Origin: Vicugna vicugna
Taxonomy: Eukaryota
DNA: 64,000 nt
Assembly (NCBI GenBank): GCA_013265495.1
Contig: MU058844.1
Span: 5,496,344-5,560,343 of the forward strand
Reading direction: 5' to 3'
Positions 48,960 to 60,267 of the stretch are shown here, piece after piece (positions within the stretch are counted from its first letter, which is position 1; the number at the start of each line of letters is the position of its first letter). The notes beneath the pieces are model-generated. The model worked only from the letters and a program-made list of their open reading frames with translations, was not told where the DNA came from and ran no database searches. Both the position numbers and the translations under genes were made by a program.

Positions 48960-49835
48960 GGTTTATTTCTGTAGGTAAGATTGTAGATACTCCTTCACTC
49001 TAACATTTGCTTCGACCTAAGAACCATATGGGTCAATTATAGTACATATAGGCTTCTCTGCTTATCTGTTTTCATCCTGACATGAGGTGTCAAGGTGCAG
49101 TTCTCATCTGGAGGCTTAAGACCTTCTTCAACCATAACTGCTTGTTGGTATATTTTATTTCCTGGTGACGATATGAGTGAAGTCCTTATTTTCATGCTAG
49201 CTGTTGGCCGGAGACTTGTTTTTAGCTTCCGGAGGCAGCCTCCAGTTCCTCCCAGTGGTGCCCATAGGCAGGCTATTTGCTTTCTCCAAACAACCAGGAG
49301 TCGCTCTGACACTTCACTTAAGTATCGTCTGATTAAGCCACCCATGATAATCCCCCTTTTGTTAATTCAAAGTGAAGTGATCTTTTACCAAATCACCAGA
49401 GTGATATTCCTGTCTGTAAGGACAACGGAGACGGGTCCCTCGATGGACTTCCGGCGCCCAGTGACTCAGCGGTATTATCCCGCATGCGCAGCACCCACGC
49501 GTTGTTACGTAACAGATGACGTGCGCTACGCAAGGGCACTGGTTAGCCCGTAGCTCATAGCTGGGTGGGTTCCGGCTTTGTTCGCCTTCCTGTATGAGTT
49601 GGGCGGGAGTTGCCACCACCGCCGCCGCCATGGAAGCCTGTGCACTCCGCTCGGCGAAAAAGGCAGCGCGTGTGTTCTTCGGTCTGCCCGAATCCGGGAA
49701 CCTGCCAGGCTTTGAGCACCTGCAGTGCGCTGCCAAAGTCACAGATGCTGGCTACATTCACCAGAACGGGATTATACAGTGTGTCACATCAGGTACAGGA
49801 ATCTTGGGAGCCACTTTAGAAACCTGCTTATCACA
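48960..49835 (-). mobile_element. MaLR LTR (MLT1E-like), interrupted at ~49411-49739
   Basis: gttctcatctggaggct; gctagctgttggcc; ccacccatgataatccccctttt...aattcaaagt; aatcaccagagtgatattcc [insert] cacag...gggattatacag...caggaatcttgggagccactttagaaacctgcttatcaca. Confidence 0.85.
49411..49770. promoter_or_regulatory. Small CpG island, putative promoter
   Basis: About 30 CpGs in ~350 bp (hand count) in a CpG-depleted window; ETS ACTTCCGG 49447, TGACTCA 49462, NRF1-like CGCATGCGCA 49481, TGACGT 49517, GGGCGG 49601. Confidence 0.75.
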
Positions 49836-51768
49836 TTAATGATAGCATGAAGCCTTTATTAACGTTTTTTCTTTAAACTTTATCTCATTCCTGTAAAGGT
49901 TCTAGTTTGTGTATGTATTATAATGTACATATTCTATTAGTGTAATAATACTTTTATGATTCATAAATATATGTATATGTTGGGATAAGTTCTCAAAATG
50001 TCTTACTATTTGATCACTTCTCTAAGAACTGAGTGTAGTGTTGAGGCTGTTGTGATGTGTGGAAATGTTATTTTTAGAAAACTAGGTCATTGGAAATGGC
50101 ATCTGAAAATTTACCTCACTCTTTGTATTTACTGTCTCTAAAATTGGAGCCACAGTCAAATAGCCTGGCTTTGTTGTTCAAGCATTCCAAAAATATTCTG
50201 TACGTTATTTAAAAAGTGTGTTCATAAATAGCTTCCACAAAGAGACGAAAAATTGCCTGCTGGAATTAATAATATGAAATGATTACAATTTCCCCACTTT
50301 TGACATTTTTCTCAATCTGAAGGTACTCAGTAATATTCATTCCACATGTAGAGTTCCTAACTGTTAGTATTTTCCACTCTCTTAAGTATAGCCTTCCTGA
50401 ATCGTGGAAAGTAGACTGGATATGTGTGAAATCATCTCATATAATGACAAGCACGCATTGTGCTTCAGTGGGTAATTGTTGTCTTCCTTCTCGTTCCATG
50501 CTTCCAAATGAAGGTTTAGGACTGTCCTTATCCACGTAAATATTAAATGCAAATAAAGCCTAACAACGAGGTTAAGGAAGATTCAGGATGATACCATACG
50601 GAGAACTGGCAAGCTGTGGGAATCTGATATTACCGAGAAAAACGCTGGTTGCACTTTTGAGAGCTTGTAGGGAAGGGACGGCAAGGATTATGGGGACTAC
50701 TCAGACAGTCAAGGTAGTGAAGCCTAGAAATCTGGTTGGAGATGTGGAATAAAATAAACAGTTAAAAATGAGGCGTGTTTTAGTTTCACAGTCTCTAATG
50801 ATTGTAAGTGTTCAATCTAATAATTGAAAGGTATTCGTATCTACTCTTCTAAAATGAATCTAAAGTGGCTGCTAAAATACTGTAGGTAGCTAATAACAGA
50901 TTGCTCACCTTTAAAAATAATACTCAATTCAGAGCTTTATGAGTTATTTTCTATGTTTGCCGTTTGTAGGTTTTTTCCTTCTAATTTTGCTCTTTGCATT
51001 GACAATAAAAAAATATAGTCTATGGCTTTTTTACTTTAAACCTCTAGCTCTTTAAAACTACTAATTTAAAAATATTTTTAAAGTATTTTATGGCGATAGA
51101 TGTTCACATGGCTTATTGCACACTGAACTATGTGAAGAGAGGGGAGAGAGAAAAATCTGTGATCCTATTTATTTTTATTCTGTTTTTGGTTTTTAACAAG
51201 GTTCTACTTAAACGGTATGTTTTGGTTTTCCTAGAGGTCCCATCATTCCTTGAGTGGATGAGAATAGGAACAATTACTGACAGACTCATCCTCAGCCATG
51301 GTCCCTCCAGTCTACAACCTATGACTAGAATTCTCTCTGGCTGAATAAATTAACATGCTATTTTCTTTTCCTTTAAAACCAAGATGACATTTCAACTATA
51401 CTATATTGAAAAATAACTTTCCAAATCATAAAATCACCCACATATGAATATTTTTTATTATGTCCTGAAAGCAAGTGGACAGCAGTAAACCAGAAATAAC
51501 ATTATCTTTCCAGCAGGGTATGGCATGGCTTAGCTGAAATGAATGTATTCAAAAGTGAAATCAAGCACTTTCACTGAAACAATCAGAAAAAATCTATTAT
51601 TTTTAAATTATCATTTTAATCCTGGATTTGATGCCATTTTTCTATCAGATCAGTAGGATTGAGTATTAATTTGCATGTTGCCTTTCATTAATTCTCTGTT
51701 GTGTGCTTTGGAAAAATTAAGTAATGAAAGTTAAATAATGAAAACTGATATGCTTAAATTGGGCAAGA

Positions 51769-51805
<37 letters not shown>

Positions 51806-52008
51806 TTATATTTCAGCACTGTAAGTAGAATACCAGTTATGAAATTCTTTAATTCTATTTAAATGAAATGGTGATCTGTTAAACTCAATAATTCAAGGGA
51901 AATTTTTTTAAAATTGAATCTCCCTTGAAATTATAATCCTGTCATAGATTATCTATTTTTTATATATATATATATGTATAATACATATGTATGTGTGTAT
52001 CCTAGAGC

Positions 52009-52185
52009 AGTGAATTCTCAAACTGATGACTGTCATAGTCACTTAAGTTGATTGAAATAGGGGTTTCCTGAGCTATTTTGCCTACCTGAGAGTCCAGTGC
52101 AGTCACTCTGCAATAGGGTCCAGGAATTTGGATTTTAAAAATGCACCCCAAGTGTTTCTTGTGAAGGTAGTTGAGTGCCTGTCAG
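52009..52185. mobile_element. MER5-family hAT MITE
   Basis: cagtgaattctcaaact...agggtccaggaatttggattttaaaaatgcaccccaagtgtttctt. Confidence 0.7.
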
Positions 52186-53094
52186 TAGTGGAATAACTTT
52201 ACCAGATAGTGAAGTTTCTAACAGACTTTCCTGGTAAATCATAAGATAAAGAGGAAAGATAATACAAGATTCCTAAAAGATTTTACCTTATGCAGCTTTT
52301 TAAATGTGCATTTTTAACTTGGTCCACTGAGCTACCCTCAGGGGTCACACCAGGATCCTCTGCCTGTTGCAGACAAATTTGCCTACTTCCCAGATTTTCC
52401 TTAGTAAAAGGATGAAAGAGAAGTTGGCTAAAGTAGACGTATTCTGGATCAAAAATTTAAAACAGATTAAACTCTACCTCTGTTTTGTGACTCTCTTAAT
52501 TCACCAGGATCATATTGCATTATCAAAGCCCTCTTAAAATGGAGAACTCCAATTATTATAATCTTAGTCATTCTTGAAAAATTTCCTTTCTGGCAGGGTG
52601 CTGAGTAAAAGAACAATACCAGACCTTGCCAGAAAGACTAGGAACATGCCTGGATATTTGAAAACTAAATATTATTAATTTTAGGAATTCAAAAACACCA
52701 CTTACAAAATAACTTGAATCTGTAAGATTGTCCTCCATTTTTTCCTGCAAGCATGGATATGTGACTTGACTTATGTATTTTCCAATTTTAAAACTATTAT
52801 TTTTGTAATTTTATATATACACATATTCAGAGTCTTTTCAAAGGTAAGAGTGGGAACCTCTCTGTGATGCTTTTCATCAGATTATTTTCCCTAAAATCTC
52901 ATTTTCAGAGAATTATGTTTGGAAAGACTTCATTGTCCCTATGAAGGAAGAGCCTTTTTTTTGATTTTTCAGAATTTTGTATTTTCAGAAATAGTAAGAG
53001 GCTTAAAAAGTCCCATTTTCCTAGTAAAATAATGTCAAAAGGAAATTTTGTAAATTCCATTAAGCAAAGCAAAATAATTATTAATAGTAAAAAA

Positions 53095-53510
53095 AAAAGC
53101 CTCAAATTCCCATCTAATTTGGAATGGGTAAATTAGATACAGTTTAGTCATACAATGCAATAGTATACAAAAATGAAATGAACAAACATCTGCTACATGG
53201 GAGAGCAGTATTAAATCTTAAATTTAGAATGTTTTTCAAAAGAAGTCATACATAAAATAATTCCTATGGTGTTATTCCAATATTAAAAATTTCAAAAGCA
53301 GACAAAGTAACAGAAGTGAGAAGAGTGGTTACTGTAGAATGGTGGGGAAGAGGGATGCCCGGAAGGGACCGTAAAGCAGGATTTTATGCTCCTGGACATA
53401 GTCTGTAATTCAATTCGTTTAAAAAAACTGGATCAACAAATATATTAACTTTGTAAAAGTTCATCAAGTTGTACAGTTAAGAATTGTTCACCTCATTTTA
53501 TGTGGGTATT
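53095..53510 (+). mobile_element. Old L1ME-like 3' end
   Basis: catacaatgcaatagtatac...aaatgaacaaac...gctacat; tttgtaaaagttcatcaagttgtacagttaaga. Confidence 0.75.
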
Positions 53511-53539
53511 TGTTGTTTTTTAATTATCCTCTTCAAATT

Positions 53540-54820
53540 AAAATTTTATTTTTTTTACAGCAGTTTTAGGTTCACAGCAAAATTGAGGGGAAGGTACAGA
53601 GATGTCCCATATACATGTCCCTGCACATGCATAGCCTCCTCCAGTAGCAACATCCTCCACTAGAGTGGTACATTTGTTACTATTAATGAACCTACATTGA
53701 CATGTTATCACCTCAATTCTATAGGTTATATTATAGTTCACTCTTGGTATTGTACATTCTGTGTGTTGGGACAAATGTATAATGGCACATATTCATCATT
53801 ATTATATCGTACAGAATATTTTCACTGCCCTAAGAATCCTTTATGCTCCAGTTCACCCTTTGTCCCTACCCCCAACCACTAATTTTTTTTATCATCGCTA
53901 TAGTTTTACTGTTACCATGAATTGTCCAGAATGTCATATAGTTGGTATCATACAGTATACAGTCTTTTCAGATTGACTTCTTTACTGATTTGCATTGAAA
54001 GCCATGACTTTCATGGCTTGATTGTTCATTTCATTTAGCACTGAATAATATCCCAGTGTCTAGATATACCACAGTTTCTTTATCCATTCACCTACTGAAG
54101 GACATTTTTATTGCTTCCAAGGTTTAGAAATTTTAATTAAAGTTGCTATAAATATCTGTGTGCAAATTTTTATATGATCATTACCCCCATGAACCACAGC
54201 AGTGACACAGTTGGGGAACATGTGGAGGGGAAAGGGCTCTCGGGAAAGAGGAGGGGTTCTCACCCTCTTGCCAGGAACTTGGTTATTAACTTTGCTTTTT
54301 TGTAGGCAAATTCTGAAAGAAAACCAATAAATACCTAAACCATCAAAAAAAAAATTTCAAGTCCTCTAGGTAAATTCCAAAGAGTATTGCTAGATTATAT
54401 GCCAAGTGTATGTTTAGTTTTGTAAGATACCATCTGTTTTCCAAAGCTGCTATTTTGTTTTGCATTCCTACCAGCAGTGTGTGAGAATTCCTTGCCAGCA
54501 TATGGTGCTGTCAGTGTTCTGGACTTTGACTATTCCAACAAGTGTGCAGTGGTATCTTGTTGTTTTACTTTGCATTTCCCTGATGACATATGATGTGGAC
54601 CATCTTTTCCTATGGAGCAGCATTTGCATCTGTCTCTCTTCCCTGTTGAGGTATCTGTCAATGTTTTGGACCTATGTTTTAATCAGGTTATTTCTTACAT
54701 GTTGAATTTTAAGAGTTCCTTGTATATTTTGGATAATAGTCCTTTATCAGATGTAGCTTTTGCAAATATTTTCTCCCTATTATGGCTATCTGTTCATTGC
54801 CTTGACATTGTCTTCTAAGG
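53540..54820 (-). mobile_element. L1MC/MD-like 3' portion, interrupted at 54181-54354
   Basis: cagcagttttaggttcacagcaaaattgaggggaaggtacagaga; tttatccattcacctactgaaggacat; ttggataatagtcctttatcagatg. Confidence 0.92.
54181..54354 (+). pseudogene. Probable 5'-truncated retrocopy of an mRNA 3' end (parent unidentified)
   Basis: Non-L1 sequence inside an L1; AATAAA at 54326-54331 followed 13 nt later by A10 (54345-54354). Confidence 0.65.
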
Positions 54821-55624
54821 AGTTTATTTGTTAGATGATACACATGAATGTTGGTTGGCACCCCAAGGTATTCAAAAGTGGAAGCTGAAGGCCCTAATAA
54901 AGAAGAAGATATGCAGAAAGAAGAAAGAAAATAACTTACGTGATATGTAAAGCACTCAAATTAGCACCTAGCGCATAGAAAGGATTCAACAAACATTAAC
55001 TGCTACAATAATGAGAAAAAGTAAAAAGAAGAAAGATGAAAATGGGGCAAGGAGACAGGCATAATTGAGAGCAGAGAAAAGTCAGAGGAAAATAAAAGGA
55101 GCAAAAAAAGGAAATAGAAATAGTATTAACTGTGACTATTGAGATTCAAATTCAATTTTCATTTAACTGTCTTTTTTTTGCATGCTACTTTATAATGTTT
55201 TATTTTATAGTGATACTCAATGTTGTCATATACTATTATTATGTTTGTTTAAAATCTTTAAAACTAATAAGAAGACCAGCTTATTTATTATGAAGGAGTT
55301 TATTATATTCCATTAAGAGATTATTATCATAAGCTTTTTATGTAAGTACAATTTTGTGCATACTTAATTTAATTAAGTTTTGAAATCTGTGCAGATGAGT
55401 TAAAGGGATAAGTGTGCGCATTTGACATATGTTTCACAGAGAAGATGAAGTTCTAAATGATATGAAAGAATAAGGTATGAAGGACCATCTTTGTTGCATA
55501 ACTCCAAGAACACCATTTACCTTTATAAATAGTAGTTTTTTGGAGTTGTGCACTGCTATGATCTATATGAAATTCAATTTCTCCTACCTTTTTCTTTGCC
55601 TATTCATCGTATTTTTTCTTAGTA

Positions 55625-55840
55625 TTAATAATTTTTATTGAGCTATGACTTACAAACAATAAAATATATCAATTTCAAGTGCATATTTTGATGAGTTTTG
55701 ATAAATGTATGAAGCCATGTAACTACTATCACAACATGATATAGAAGAGTTTCCTCATTTTAAACAGTACTTTTTTCAGTCAATATTTCTGCTTCTACTC
55801 CTATGTTCAGCAAATAATTGATCTACTTTCTGATAGAATC
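55625..55840 (-). mobile_element. L1M 3' end fragment
   Basis: tttttattgagctatgacttacaaacaataaaat...gatgagttttgataaatgtat...ccatgtaactactatcac. Confidence 0.8.
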
Positions 55841-56689
55841 TGAATTTTTTTAATTATATTAAAAATCACAGGAATTATTTTACTCTTTGGAAGAGGCAAA
55901 ACAATGTTAACTGACTTAAATTTGAGATGACTAGTCATATACATACACTCATATTCTGAAATACTAGGTTAGTTGACATAATAAAATATCATGACATATG
56001 CATATCACAACAAAAAAAGATGAATAAAGACATGACCCTCCCTGAGATTTTATTTATATCTTCTTGTGTTTTCTTGTATTACTCTTTGTTGCTTTTATTG
56101 TTCTTATGTCTTTTCTCTTTTCTCTCTTTTGTTTATACTTGGTCTCATCACTATTTAAAGAGATCCCACTTTTTTCTAACGAAATATTAAGGGAGACTAT
56201 AAACCAAGGCTACTTAAAGCAATAAAAGTTACAATGAGATCAGACTTCTGGTCAATCCATGAGCTTATTATTGAAAGCAGTTCCATTAAATTTGTTTCTT
56301 TTTGAGCTATAACTGATGCTTGTGCAATGCAATGATTTTATGTAGTAATAAATAATAATCTCTAAACTTTTATAAGTATAGACACAGTTCTTAGTACTTT
56401 AAGTTATGGCTGAGATACTTTCAGTCTTTTTTTTTTTTCGCTCAGACTGAAGTGCTCAGTCACAGTTACATAAACAGAATTCTGCTCAAAGAAAGGATGT
56501 CTTTTTGGAATACTATTTCTGCTACAGGGTCACTATTCTACAATATCTGTTCTCCTTGGTATTATTAATCTTTTTGTTCATTTTGTATCATTATATTTCA
56601 AGCTTATCTATTATATGAAACGGTAGTGATACAGTGGCCAAGCCATCCTGTTACTAGTGCGTGATATAATAATGTATTTAGATGAAAGC

Positions 56690-56880
56690 GTATTTTGTAA
56701 GTTCATGTATAATTCTTTCACTTACAACGTGTAAAGGTTTATTCTAGGCGATTCAGACGTTATCTTTTTGTCTTCTCACAATCAGTCAGGAAGATGAATA
56801 TTACCATCTCTTTCACAGGTAAGGAAAATGAGCCATAGCAAAAATATGCAACTTACAAAATTTACATATATTCAGGCCTG
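56690..56880 (-). mobile_element. MIR SINE fragment
   Basis: tcttctcacaatc...tattaccatctctttcacaggtaaggaaaatgag. Confidence 0.65.
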
Positions 56881-57499
56881 TTTTTGTATCACTGTGATAA
56901 ACACAGTTTTTCCTCCAGGGCTAATTGCATTCATATATATCAGAAGAATGAGTTACATGATGAACTGTAATCCCTGATAGCAATTTCCATTTTCTTATGT
57001 GAACATTGGATAACATAGTAAACAATACATAAAATGCAAATGAGTAATGTGAGGGAAAAAAGCAACAAGATAGTGTAAAGGATAAAATACTACTTTATGT
57101 TTCTCCCTTTTTCTAAGACATTGATTTTGTAACTCTGCACAAAAAAGCAAGCTTTTTTTTCTCTGTCAGAACCCCAAGAAGTTTTATAAAAAGATAGTGT
57201 AAAATGAATACAGAACAATATCTGTGCTACAACGGTGACTAAATTTATTTTGAAAAAATGCATTATTTACCCTGACAATGTCTTCTAGAGAAGCCTTCCA
57301 GGGCTAAGTAATTATTCAAATGGCTATTTTCCTACTGCAATGTTCTAACCTTATCGCTGTGATTTGTTTTCATTATCAGGACAAAATAGACTATTGCCTT
57401 AGCAATACATTTTCACAAGCATTTCAAATTCTGTTCTAAAGAACATATATCATAATGATTGTATTATATATTTGGTATATAAATATACACATATATATA

Positions 57500-58865
57500 T
57501 TGAAAAAGTTTTATTGAAACATATATATCCAGAAAAGTGTAGACTCTTAAGTGAATAGCTCAGTGAATTTTCATTGTGAACATCTCTGTAAGTGTAACCT
57601 TAGTAGGAAAGAATATATTACTAGCATTTCAGCAAACTATTTCATACATCTTCCTAGTTATTTTCCTCAGTCAACCCCAAAAATAACAAGTAGGCTGACA
57701 TCTATTAATAAATTAGTTTTGACCATTTCTGAAGCCTATGTAAATGGAATCATACAAGACACTCTGTGTGTGTCATGTTTTCTCAGCATGTGCAAAAGAC
57801 TCACTGGTGTTCTTGTGTATAACAGTAGCTAATTATCATTGATTATATTGTCTTATTTACATGAATATTCTGAAACACATTCATCCATTTTGGTGCTGAT
57901 GGACATTTGTAATTAAAAATTTTCATCTGTTGGCTATTGTTGTGAGGCAGGGTACAGCTCAGTGGTAGAGGGTCTGCTTAGCATGCCCAAGATCCTAGGT
58001 TCAATCCCCAGTACCTCCATCATAAATAAATAAATAAATAAACCTAAATACCTCCCCCTGCAAAGAACAAAGAGATCAAGTTTTTGCTATTGCAAAGAGA
58101 GCTCTCATAAACAACCTAGTGTATACCTTTTGATGCCATATTCGTATACTTTTTGAGTATAAAATCAGGATTGTAGCTGTTGGGTCATGGTGTAAGTATA
58201 TTTTCAGCTTCAGTATATGCTGACAGTTTTTCAAAGTACTTGTGCCAATTTGCTAATCTTTAAGCGGTGTATAAGTTCCACTTGTTCTGCATTCTTCCCA
58301 AATCTTGAAATAATGTTTTAGGCATTTTATTCAGTATGATGAATATTTCCCTGTAGAGACATACTGTTGAGCACTCCTTCCTAGGGTATTGGCCATTTGG
58401 ATATCCTTTTGTGTGAAGTGCCTGTACAAATATTTTTTGCCTTTAAACATTAGATTGATTATCATTTTCTTATTGATTTCAGTTATATTAACACATTTAC
58501 TGTAAATGTTATTGCAGCATAATTGACATAAATTGAGCTATACATATTTAAAAGTGTGCAATTTGATTAGTTTTGACATATGTATATACTCAAGAAAGTA
58601 AAACAATCAAGATAATGAACTCATCTGTTACCCACAAAAAGTTCCTTACGACCCTTGGCTATTCCTCACACAAGCTCTACCACCCCTCTTTTCTAGTCTC
58701 CAGGTGACAACTGATCTGCTTTCTGTCACTGTAAATTAGTTTGCATTTTTGAGATTTTGTATGAATTAAATCATACAATATGAACTCATCCTGTTTCACT
58801 CCTTTCACTCAGCATAATTACTTAGAGATGGCATCTGTATCATTGTACATATCAGTGGATCATTG
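57500..58865 (-). mobile_element. Old L1 fragments (two 3' ends, ~57500-58500 and ~58500-58865)
   Basis: taagtgaatagctcagtgaattttc; ttggccatttggatatccttttgtgtgaagtgcctgt; aactgatctgctttctgtcactgtaaattagtttgcatttt. Confidence 0.85.
57944..58075 (+). mobile_element. tRNA-derived SINE (Vic-1-like) inside L1
   Basis: agggtacagctcagtggtagag...gcttagcatg...ggttcaatccccagtacctccat; (AAAT)n; flanks share gctattg. Confidence 0.9.
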
Positions 58866-58867
58866 CT

Positions 58868-59035
58868 ATTGGGGAATTGTTTAATGAATATAGAGTTGAT
58901 TTTGCAAGATGAAAAAGTTCTAGAGATGGCTGTACAGTAGTGTGAATATACTTAACACTATAAAACTGTATACCTAGAAGTGGTTAAGATGGTAAATTTT
59001 GTGATATGTTTTTAACACAAAAATATAATTTAAAA
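58868..59035 (+). mobile_element. L1MA/MB-like 3' terminus
   Basis: tttgcaagatgaaaaagttctagagatgg...gtgaatatacttaacact...ggttaagatggtaaatttt. Confidence 0.85.
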
Positions 59036-59059
59036 ACTCTTGTTTTTAGCTTAAACAGT

Positions 59060-59920
59060 TGGTGAATTTTACTAAAATTAAAAAAGAAAACTAGAGAAAA
59101 TTGAGATTTGCCAAGACATGGTAGAATCAGTTGTTTTGCTTTGGCCATGTTTGAATTTTAAAAATGCCTGCTTGACAGCCGAGAACTGAGATCAGTAAAC
59201 AGATGGAGAATGGCATTTGGAGTACAGTGGAGAGGTCAGGCTGCAGATATAAACTTGGTAGTCAAAAGGATATAGATAATAATTAAAGCCATGGACTTGG
59301 ATGAGAACACCTACAGGGAAAGTGTAGATTGAGAAGAGAAAGGAGTCCAGGACCAACCAGCTTGTATTCCAAACATATTATTCAGGCAGTAGCGGAGAAG
59401 CCAGAAAATGAACCTATGATTAAAAGACCTGTAAGTTATGATAAACATCATAAGCATGTGGCATCACTGAAGCCAAGAGTAAACAATGTTTCAAGAAGGA
59501 ATTAGTTAACTGGCTTCAGACACTATTGAGTTGTCAAGAAAGATGAGATTTATTTTAATGGATTGTGCATATGGATATTCTATAAGAATAAGTTGAGAAG
59601 GAATTGGAAAATGAGAAAGTAGATCTTTTGAGGTATTTTTGAATAAATAAATATGTTGATATGAGAGACAAATGGGTTGGTGGGAGGGTTTTATCTTTAA
59701 ATACAGGGAAATGTTAAAGCAGGATTTCAAATGATGGGAATGATTCAGTGCAGAGGGAGTAAATGATGTGAATGAGAAGCATTAGCATGAGAAAGTTCCT
59801 TGAACTCCAGAAGGGTTCACAGGTAAAGTACAAAGGAGTTTGGTAGATCAGTAGGGTGGATTAGGAGAGTTGGGAGCTCCTGTACAGTGGCTACTATTTT
59901 CTCAGTGAGGAGAACATAAG
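59060..59920 (-). mobile_element. L2 LINE fragment
   Basis: ggagaggtcaggctgcagatataaacttgg; taaagccatggacttggatgagaacacc; tgaagccaagag...aatgtttcaagaagga. Confidence 0.85.
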
Positions 59921-60267
59921 GCAACACTATCCATTACCATTAGGAAGACTGAAAATAACATAAAGAAAAGGAAAATGTTTATTTTGTTCACTGTTGTATC
60001 CTAAGAACTTAAAGATTATCTGTTACCTAGTAGATATTTAATAAGTAACTCTTAAATTAAAAAAATGTTTTAAATAAAATCACAAGGAATTACCTTTTCA
60101 AAGGTAATTTGCTAATTATTTCTAAAATTCATTAGGCCTAGGAAGAGATCTTTGAGCTCCACAATGTATCACAGCTTCAAATACATTATAGGAATTCTCT
60201 AAATGTTTATTCCCCATTTCAAACCAGCAAACTAAATCACATAAACTTGTTTTGTCTTGTTAAATTG

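Noticed and set aside
49037..49819. Overlapping ORFs of 68-152 aa on both strands
   Set aside because: Expected from high GC content and LTR sequence; only the Kozak-initiated frame was kept as a hypothesis.
52625..52744. Pair of - strand micro-exons (EKMEDNLTDSSYF, then HVPSLSGK)
   Set aside because: The implied intron is only 56 nt, shorter than typical mammalian minimum; pyrimidine tracts are weak and the peptide is unrecognised.
53538..54818. Cluster of 61-81 aa ORFs
   Set aside because: All fall within degenerate L1 sequence.
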